This document shows, piece by piece, positions 39,549-47,535 of a stretch of DNA of 64,000 nucleotides. The first letter of the stretch is position 1; the number at the start of each line of letters is the position of its first letter. This stretch comes from Plasmodiophora brassicae (taxonomy: Eukaryota). The notes under the pieces are model-generated. The model worked only from the letters and a program-made list of their open reading frames with translations. It ran no database searches and was not told the origin of the DNA. Location: NCBI GenBank assembly GCA_036867785.1, contig CP145414.1, forward strand, positions 682,001 to 746,000, in the 5' to 3' direction. The position numbers and the translations under genes are program-made.

Positions 39549-42500
39549 CTAAGGCGCCAGCGACAGGTCCACCCGACCCATCCCGGCCGCCCTCTTCATG
39601 ACCTCCACAGGTTCACGAGTGGTCGGCTTGGTGAGCGCGTCCGCCGGATTGTTCTTTGACGCCACGCGCTCGAACCGGAGCAGTCCCTCCTGGACGCACT
39701 CTCGCACATAGTGCCATTTCACCCGAATGTGCTTGTTCCGGTCCGTGACCCCGAGCGTCTTCACCATCTGCTCGGCAGCCGTGTTGTCCTCCAGCACAAT
39801 CGACGGGTCCGTCAGAGTGAACCCGATGTCGGTGAGGAGCATCCGGACCCACACTACTTCACGCGCCAGCTCGCTGGCCGCCACGTACTCCGCGTGCGCT
39901 GAGGAGGTCGCCACCAGGCTTTGCTGCTTCGATCGCCAGCTCACAGCTGCGTCCATCAGCGTGACGATGAATCCCGTGACCGACTTGGATGTGTCCGGGT
40001 CCATCGCAAAGTCCGAGTCGACCGCCGCCCGGGGCTCCGACTCCTTCACGTTGTCTTTGTTCAGTGCCATCGGGTCGAATTCAGTCGCCGGTGTCTTGCT
40101 CTTCGCGTAGATGATGCCGACATCCGTGTTGTTCTGGACATATCGCAGCACGTGGAGCATCGCCTCGAAATGCTCCCGACCCGGGTTGTTCAGGTGACGC
40201 GACAGCTGCGACACCGCGTGCGTGATTGTCGGCATCGTGCCGATCGACAGATGCGCCAGGCAACCAACGCCCTCGCGGTACCGCTCATGCTGGTGCGGAA
40301 CACCGTCGGTTCGCCGGGGCATAATCTGCCCGACAGGCAGAGCCGTGGCCGGCGCGCGCAAGCGGCGCCCGGCGGCTGCCTCGTCGATGTCGGTCTGGAA
40401 CCGCGCGACCACCTCCTTGGCGTACTGCTGTTGGTCGATCGTGATGCGCGTTGCCTCCTGCTTGATGCGCATCCCCAGGATCCATCTCGCGATGCCGAGG
40501 TCCTTCATCTTGAACTTCTTGCCCAACGCTGCCTTGACGTACTCGATGACGTCGGGATCCGTGCCAAACATCATAAAGTCGTCCACGAACACCCCGAGGA
40601 TCGTGATCTGTCTGCGGCCGTCCTTCGTCGTGAACATAACGAACAGGCACGGGTCGCCGGTCACCCTTGTGAAGCCGATTTCGAACAGAACTGATACGAG
40701 CTTATCGTACCAGAGCTTCGGCGCCTCGACCAGGCCGTACAGCGCCTTCAGGAGCTTCATCACCTTGCCGCGTCCTCCGACCACGAAGTTCTTCGGCTGT
40801 TCACAGTAGATCGGGTACGGCAGGTCTCCATTCAGGAACGCCGTCTTAACGTCCAGCTGGTGGATGACCACGCCCAGCATGGCCGCCAGCGCCACCATGA
40901 TGCGCAACGTCGCATACCGGAGCGTCGGCGAGTACGTCTCCTTCTGGCCCTTGAACTTGTCGCAGCATCCCTTGACGCAGAAGCGGGCCTTGTGGCGCGT
41001 GATCTCCCCGTCCTCGTCGCGCTTCGTCGTGTGCACGAACATTGTTGGCAGCACTTGAGCGTCGGTCGGGCGGTCCACGATCTCATACGTGCCCGCTTCC
41101 TTCAGCGACTGCATCTCCTCGACCTGCGCCGCCAGGTACTTGTCCCGGTCAGGCCCGTTCTCGGCCTCGTACTCAGTGAGGAACGCGTTGCCAGCGTCCT
41201 CCTCCTCCAGGTAGCTGTCCTCGTTCTCGAGCGCCTCGTCCTGGTTGACCTGGTCCTCGTTGTCCGGGTCGTCGTTGGCCTCGTTGTCGTGGTCGACAGC
41301 ATCTGCTGCTGCCGCCTGGTCGACGTTGTCGGCAGCCCCTGCTGCCGCCCTGGCGCTGGCCGCCCTCTGGCGCCGCGCTTCGCCGTCGTAGTCCACGTCG
41401 GCAAACCGAGCGGGCGCTCCTCTGATGCGCGTCGACCGCCTCGGTTCAGGGACGCCTTGAGCAGCAGGTCCTCGATCCCCGCCGCCCTGAGCTGCTTGCT
41501 CATCGCGTCCGTCATGCCGGTCTTCACCGGCACCTGCGAGTTCCCTGGCACGGTCGTCCCCGCCGCCGCCTCGCTGAATGGCGCGGCCATCCTGGCCGCC
41601 GCCCTGTTGTTGACCGACGCGACCTTCTCGATCGCCGTCGTCTTGTCGTGCGACGCGATCGTCCCGACCGCCGTCGTCTTCTTGCCCATGACGATCGTCT
41701 TGACCGCCATCGCCGCCTCCTTGCAGCTGGGCTTGCGCCGTCTCTTGGCGCTTGCGGGTCTCCTCTCCGCGGGAGCCGCTGTCATCCTTGAACGGGAATT
41801 CGTTGGGGAAGAAGACCACGTCCGAAGACTCGATCATCTTGCGGCTGTGCCACAGCAGCAGCCGGTACGCCTTCTTGTCGATGCACACCCCCATGTGGAC
41901 CGCGCGCTCGGCCCTGGCGTCCAGCTTGCACTTCTTTTGCCGCCGGATCCTGACCCACGCCTCGCAACCGAATGGCATCGCCCTCGACAGGTCTGCTTGT
42001 TCCCCCGTCAGTTCCTCGATTGGCGTCGTCCGGTGGCCGTGTCGTTGGAGCGGCACGCGGTTGGCTACCCACGTCTGATGCCGCCCGTTCTCGGTCCAGT
42101 ACTTGCGCGGGACGCCTGACTGGACACGAGCTGCGCGCATCATCTTGACAATCTTGCCACCGAACGTCTCCGCGAGACCGTTCTGGTGCGGGCGGTCCGT
42201 GTCGCTGAACTCCTGTGCGATTCCCCGCTCGCGCAGCAGCTTCGCCAGGCGCGTCGAGGTGAACTCGCCGCCCTGGTCGGCGCGGAACGTGTCGACGCGT
42301 GTGCCGCCCATGACCTCGAGCCGGGTCAGCACGTCCATGACGACTTGCTCCTGGTCACCCTTATTTGCCAGGTTGACCGTGGCACCGACACCAGTCGCGT
42401 GGTCAACGTAGCACGCCATGTACGTCTTTCCGTCATGCGACCTGGTGTCGAACGTCTGCAGGTCCGCCCCGACGATCTGCAGCTTCGAGAGCACCGTCCG

Positions 42501-42823
42501 TGTCCGTCTCCGCGGGATCGCCGTTCGGTTGAGGTTGGCCTCGATGCACACCTTGCACCTGGGCACCTCGTCGCTCGCCAGGTCGGCCTCGTCGATGTTG
42601 AGACCGGTGATTGCCCCGTTCTTGACTGCCTTTCTGATCGTGATCGTGGACAGGTGGCCGCACCTCGCGTGCGCCTCCGCCAATGATATCGTTCTGTCGC
42701 GCTTTACGTCCGCGGGCTTGCGCGTTTCCTTCTTCTCGGCCGGCTCCTCCTTGCTCGGGCTCTTGTTTTCTGGCTGGTTTGGATGATCGTGATCGGGGGC
42801 GGCCAGCGCCACCCCCGCTACTC
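39549..42823 (-). CDS. pol: Copia Pol ORF2: integrase - reverse transcriptase - RNase H (no own ATG; -1 frame relative to ORF1)
   Basis: HARCGH..CKVC (HHCC), VGAD..FRADQGGEF..QNGLAE (DDE), KLDARA, HKARFCVKG, HQLDVKTAFLNG, LLKALYGL, GVFVDD, DSDFA..AEYVAA..EDN..ADALTK. Confidence 0.95.
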
Positions 42824-42830
42824 GAAATCC
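42794..42830 (-). promoter_or_regulatory. Putative -1 programmed ribosomal frameshift signal
   Basis: G_GAU_UUC in the ORF1 frame (42830-42824), 6-nt spacer GAGUAG, then hairpin CGGGGGUGGC-GCUG-GCCGCCCCCG (42817-42794). A -1 slip gives ...QDF-RVAGVALAAPD in the ORF2 frame. Confidence 0.85.
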
Positions 42831-44287
42831 TGGACCTTGTGCAGATCCAGGTAGTACAGGCCCTTGCGGACCGTACTGGTCACGATCGTCCTTCCGGCCC
42901 CGTCCAGGAGCCGGGCTGAGCGCGTCTGCTCATGGTGCTCCGCGCCCGTCTTGCCGTCCTTGCCGAGCTGCAGGAGTGCCGAACGCACCGCGAAGATGTT
43001 CGCGGATGCATCTGGCGCGTACGCGACGTTTGTCAGCGTGATCGACTTGCCGTTAGCCAGCTTGAGGCGGACGTTGCCCCTGGCATGGACCTTGATTCGC
43101 TGCGGGCCGATGCCGCCGATCGTCGGCCGGTCCTTGTCGGCGATGAAGTCCAGCTCCTCGAAGTGCGCCTTGTGGGTGGACACGTGGCCGCACGTCGCCG
43201 CGTTGTCGACGATGAAGTCGCGGATGCCCTTCCGCGGCGCGTCCTCGACGCCCGCCAGGCTCGTCAGGAGCGCGATCGACGCCGAACCGCCTTCCTCTTT
43301 GCCCCCCTTCCGCTTGCCGTTCCTGGCCTTGCCGCGCTCGGCGTTGCCGGTCTTCTTGCGGCTACGGCAGTCGGCCGCCCTGTGTCCAGCCTTTCCACAG
43401 TTGAAGCACTTGCCGGAGAACCCCGTCGTCGTCATGGCCGCCGAGGAGCCGCTGTCGTCGTCGCCGCGCTCTATCGCTCCCCGCTTGTACTGAGCGAGCA
43501 CTTCTGCGCGGACCTTGCTTTGCGTCAGCTCTCCGATGGGACCGCGCAGCATCGCGTTGACTAAGTCCTTGTACTCGGTGTATGGCAGCGAGATAAGGAC
43601 CTTCGTCGCCATGTCCGACTCAGTCTTCGTCCGATTCGGATCCGCCCGGGCCAGGTTGATGCCCAGGTCGCGCATCGCCGTCAGGTGCGCCTTGGTCTCC
43701 GTGAGGTCGGCGCCCGCCTTAAGCTTTGTTGTTGACAGAAGAATGTCGAACATCGCCAGGTCCGTGCCCGTTTGGCCGGAATACTCCGTCTGGATGGCGC
43801 TCCACGCCAGGTCCGGACGGTCGTCGGGTATGTCGAGTATCAAGGGAAGTTCGTCTTCATGCACGTTCTTCTTGATAGCGTACATTGCGTGGAGCCTCTC
43901 TTGCTCCGACGCCGGCTCTTCGTTGTGCCCGCGCGTCGCGGGCTCCACGGCCTTTTGCAGGCCCGACTTCTTGAGCATCGTCGTCATCGACGACGCCCAG
44001 ACCAGGTAATTGTCCTTGCCCTTCAGCTGGACGGAGATCTTGATGCCGGACTCCTTCAGGCCCGTCAGCCTTTCCTTCTGCGCAGCTTCCAGCCGCGCCA
44101 GACGATCCTTGAGCGCCGCGTTCTCGCGCTGGCCGGTCCCGCTCCCGGCCGCCGCTGCTTGCAGACGTTCAACCTCCGCCTCCAGCCGATCCTGCTGCCG
44201 CTGGGCCTCGGACAGCGCAGCGCTTATCTGGGCGATCACGGCCTCTGCTTGGGCCAGGTCGGCTGGGATGCTTGGGATCGTCGCCAT
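42818..44287 (-). CDS. gag: Copia ORF1: Gag (coiled coil, capsid, CCHC knuckle) fused to aspartic protease
   Basis: LKGKDNYLVW, CFNCGKAGHRAADC, FIVDNAATCGHV, LTNVAYAPDASANIFAV, GLYYLD, then TAG at 42818-42820. Confidence 0.93.
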   Translation of the reverse strand: MATIPSIPADLAQAEAVIAQISAALSEAQRQQDRLEAEVERLQAAAAGSGTGQRENAALKDRLARLEAAQKERLTGLKESGIKISVQLKGKDNYLVWASSMTTMLKKSGLQKAVEPATRGHNEEPASEQERLHAMYAIKKNVHEDELPLILDIPDDRPDLAWSAIQTEYSGQTGTDLAMFDILLSTTKLKAGADLTETKAHLTAMRDLGINLARADPNRTKTESDMATKVLISLPYTEYKDLVNAMLRGPIGELTQSKVRAEVLAQYKRGAIERGDDDSGSSAAMTTTGFSGKCFNCGKAGHRAADCRSRKKTGNAERGKARNGKRKGGKEEGGSASIALLTSLAGVEDAPRKGIRDFIVDNAATCGHVSTHKAHFEELDFIADKDRPTIGGIGPQRIKVHARGNVRLKLANGKSITLTNVAYAPDASANIFAVRSALLQLGKDGKTGAEHHEQTRSARLLDGAGRTIVTSTVRKGLYYLDLHKVQDFE

Positions 44288-44290
44288 CAG

Positions 44291-44308
44291 AGAGTGGGAC
44301 TCTTAATC
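44291..44308 (-). promoter_or_regulatory. Primer-binding site complementary to the anticodon arm of tRNA-Lys(CUU)
   Basis: The plus strand reads AGAG-TGGGACTCTTAATC directly abutting the 5' LTR. Eukaryotic tRNA-Lys(CUU) reads AGAGCATGGGACTCTTAATC at about nt 21-40. No TGG-type PBS is present. Confidence 0.8.
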
Positions 44309-44488
44309 TGATTCAAGCAGTTCGAAGCGCTTAGGAAAGTGAAAGTCCCCAGTGTATCTAACGTGGGGGAAGCCGACGTCCCCATGACGTCGCACACACA
44401 GTGGCACGGTCGCCACTGTGCACCAGTTGCGTCACGTCGTCGTGACTCATGGGTCGGCCACTGTCGCTAGCCTTCCCATTATGAATCA
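44309..44488 (-). repeat. 5' LTR (180 bp)
   Basis: Identical to 39363-39542. Confidence 0.97.
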
Positions 44489-44727
44489 AGTTTCGGTTTG
44501 GTTCACGGTTTCTGGTTCGAAACCAAACCGCGCTGTCCCCCACAGTGTCTGCGGCAGCCAGGTTAGGGCACTGGCACTGCCCGCGCGCTCTAAAATACGG
44601 CAGGCGGATTGCGGAGTGCCGTGCGCAATGCCGTGGCGGCAGGCGGTCGTCGGTCCGACCATTCGCGTACTGCAGTCCGTCCGTCAGTTGCAAGTCGTTC
44701 GTCGTCAGGTCCCAGTCATCGCCCAAC

Positions 44728-45039
44728 ATGCCCGCCGAGAAGAAGACAGGCAAGGTCAAGTTCTTCAACAACACCAAGGGCTTCGGCTTCATCACGCCTG
44801 ACGACGGCACCGAGGACCTCTTCGTGCACCAGACGTCCGTCCACGCCAAGGGCTACCGCTCGCTCGCCGACGGCGAGACCGTCGAGTTCGACGTCGAGGT
44901 CGGCGACGATGGCCGCACCAAGGCCATGAACGTGACGGGACCCGACGGCTCATATGTCCAAGGCCAGCCCCGCGAGCAGCGCCAGGAGCGCTCGTACGGC
45001 GGCGGCTACGGCCAGCAGAGCGGCGGCGACCGCTGGTAA
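44728..45039 (+). CDS. Cold-shock domain protein with short Gly/Arg-rich tail
   Basis: GKVKFFNNTKGFGFITPDDG (RNP1), DLFVHQTSV (RNP2), GYRSLADGETVEF, KAMNVTGPDG. Confidence 0.95.
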   Translation: MPAEKKTGKVKFFNNTKGFGFITPDDGTEDLFVHQTSVHAKGYRSLADGETVEFDVEVGDDGRTKAMNVTGPDGSYVQGQPREQRQERSYGGGYGQQSGGDRW

Positions 45040-45201
45040 ACTACCAGCACTGTCGACATCCAAGCCGTCATCATGCCCTCATCTTCATCTCTGACAAACA
45101 ATAAGCCCTATATTGCCGTTGCTAATATAGTACTATGTTGCACCACTGTCATACACTGCCATCGGGAAGACACTCGTCTGTGTTCATGTAAGACCCATGG
45201 G

Positions 45202-45758
45202 TTAACGCGATTCGGAGCTTAAAAGTTCTTCGATTTCCTCTTCCTCGCTAGCCGTGGCCTTGACGACGCCCGTCAGCAGGTCCATGAATTTCGGCATCGT
45301 TTGGGCATACAGGACCTTGTCCTGGTCATTACTGCGACCGATAATGTCAGACGGTACCGTCAACGGTCCTGAATCAGCAGCCGTATACCTGTTCAACGGC
45401 TTCCAGAAGATCAGGTAGAGCTTTGATGCCTGGCGGCCATCGGAAGTCTTGTACTCGTAATCATAGACGATGTACCTACAATTGCTACCAGGAATCGTGG
45501 CCACCAAGTCCTCCCAGTTCTTGTTGCGATCGCCAATCTTCTGCGCCTGGCCGCATAACTTGTCAATTCCTCATTGCCGATCCCAGCTATCACCGTCCTC
45601 ACCTTGACGACAAGATTGTCGATTGTGAAAACAATGAACCGGTGCTTGCGTCCAATTTTCAAGTCCTGATACGCTGACGGCACATCCGGTGCGATGGTCG
45701 CCTACACGAGCACGCCGTCAGTCAACGTTCTGTACAGTACGTCCCACTCAGCTACCAT
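45202..45758 (-). CDS. Actin-depolymerising factor / cofilin; multi-exon
   Basis: YQDLKIGRKHRFIVFTI, NCRYIVYDYEY..DGRQASKLYLIFWKP, KVLYA. The first coding exon appears to be ATG alone. Confidence 0.9.
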
Positions 45759-46021
45759 GGCAACGGATTCCGGTCGTGCTCGGGTTCGATTCGCCTGACG
45801 AGTCCCGTCACCGACTCGAAATAGGAACAGTCCGAAACCTATACCGTATTTGGAATCAGCCAAGCACCTTATGTAATCGCCGCTTTTATCGACGAAAGTA
45901 TAGATCTGGTTGTACCAGTACCACGACAGGTACCCAGCCTGCTGTCAGTACCTAGAATGCAGAGGTCGCGCCTGTGAGTGTTCCCGAAAGGCAGTGTGTT
46001 GATGCCCGCAGGGACCATAGA

Positions 46022-47356
46022 ATGCCTCAGCGGACGAGGGCGACTGCCACCGCTCTCTGGGTAGTGGTAGCCATTGGAATTACGCTCGGCGAGGGGATCC
46101 TGCACGCTTCCGGGTATAGGCCATACGAGACCATACAGGCAGAGCTCTCCGATGCGCGTTATGGACCGCGAATTACATCAAACGTGTGGTTCAAGTCGGT
46201 GTCAGGCCAACCGATCTATACTGTGCGCGCGTCATCAGGATCCGATCACGGTAGGCCAGTCATGGCGTGCGACCAATTGCTATTAACGTGGAAGACGCGG
46301 CAAATGCTGTAGATAAGATTCGAATGGTGTTCGTCTTTGGCATGCATCCTAGGGAGCTGATTACGACCGAGGCGGCGCTGCGCCTGATTCGTACATTGGG
46401 GATTACATCGTGCGCGTCGTTTGCTGGCCGACTAGCAACGTCAATTCTGCAGCACGCCACGATTGATGCAAGTCTCCTTTGTCGATCATGATCGCAGGCG
46501 CTTATGACTTGTGCCCCCCGTTCGCATTGTAGATAATTCCATTATTGAATCCGGATGGGCGAATGCGGCTAGAACGGGACGGCAACCACTGCTGGCGAGG
46601 CAATGCGAATGGCGTCGACCTTAACCGCAACTTTGACTGGGAATGGGGAGGCCCGGGCAGTACTGCCGTTCGGGGCAGCGAAGAATATCGAGGTCCGTCT
46701 GCGTTTTCCGAGAGCGAGGCCGCAGGCCTTCGAGACCTCATCTTAACGAACAATTACACGGGTACGTACGGTGACCTTGCCGGAAACGCTTCAATCGCTG
46801 ATCAGACGCCGCAGCTGTCGTTGACGTTCACTCGGGCGAACAGCAGATGTTCTCGGCGTACGTCGGCACGGAATCGAAATCGCTGGGGCGCAATTCGTCG
46901 AACCACGGTAAGGAGCAGGACGTGATCCGCCGGGTCGTACGACAGCGATACATTCGGGATGGGGGCGTGGCGCATGTGGCCAACTCGTATACCGCCGACG
47001 GCACTCTCCTCGACTGGGCCAGCGGCGCCGCGGCAGTGCCATTCGTGTTCTGCGTCGAAAGCTATGGCGCAATCGGGACAGAGGACCTCGGTTAAGAACG
47101 ACGGCAGCCGTAGACGAGCACACTGATGACGTTTGGTCCGGTAGGTTGTTTGCGCCAGTTCAATCCTGACCAGCGACGCGTGCCACGAGTCCTCGACCGC
47201 ATCGAGCACGCACTTCTGGAGACGATACGAGCCATTCTCGACATCGCTGCTGACGTTGCCTTCGAGACACAAGAACCGGACCCAAGCAGTCCGCTGGCGC
47301 AAGAGAGAGCCGCCTGGTTCAGAGCCGCCTGCGAACGTCAAGCGGGCACCCAGTAA
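46022..47356 (+). CDS. Secreted M14 zinc carboxypeptidase; multi-exon
   Basis: Signal peptide, YRPYETI, GMHPRELIT (HxxE), NPDG..WRGNANGVDLNRNF, YRGPSAFSESE, VDVHSG, CVESY. Confidence 0.93.
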
Positions 47357-47535
47357 CAGGGGAGACACTGCATGGTGATCCTCTAAATATTCGCCACCGC
47401 CTCCCAGACCAACGATGAACTAGGTTGTGCCGTACTCGCGAGGGTTCACCCTGCACAAATAATATCAAGATATTTCCCCGCTCCATATGCGATCTCAACA
47501 GACAAGTAGCCTCGCTTATCAGGCCTGCTGTTGCG

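Larger units (their letters stand above)
39363..44488 (-). mobile_element. Full-length Ty1/Copia LTR retrotransposon (5126 bp)
   Basis: Identical 180-bp TG...CA LTRs; domain order Gag-ZnK-PR-IN-RT-RH; both ORFs uninterrupted. Confidence 0.97.
37199..44542 (-). mobile_element. Decayed hAT DNA transposon, interrupted by the Copia element
   Basis: Imperfect ~36-bp terminal inverted repeats: TAGGGGTCGGCGCAATTCGGTTTCGAACCAGAAACC at 37199, and reverse complement TGGGGGACAGCGCGGTTTGGTTTCGAACCAGAAACC ending at 44542. AACC/GGTT subterminal motifs at 39265-39357 and 44489-44530; internal transposase pseudogene. No 8-bp TSD visible. Confidence 0.75.

Noticed and set aside
42812-42820. Stop-codon readthrough between gag and pol
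   Set aside because: ORF2 is not in frame with the TAG; readthrough would give RGWRWPPP. The offset is -1, which fits frameshifting.
44291-44308. tRNA gene
   Set aside because: Only the anticodon-arm fragment is present, with no acceptor or T arm; explained as a PBS.
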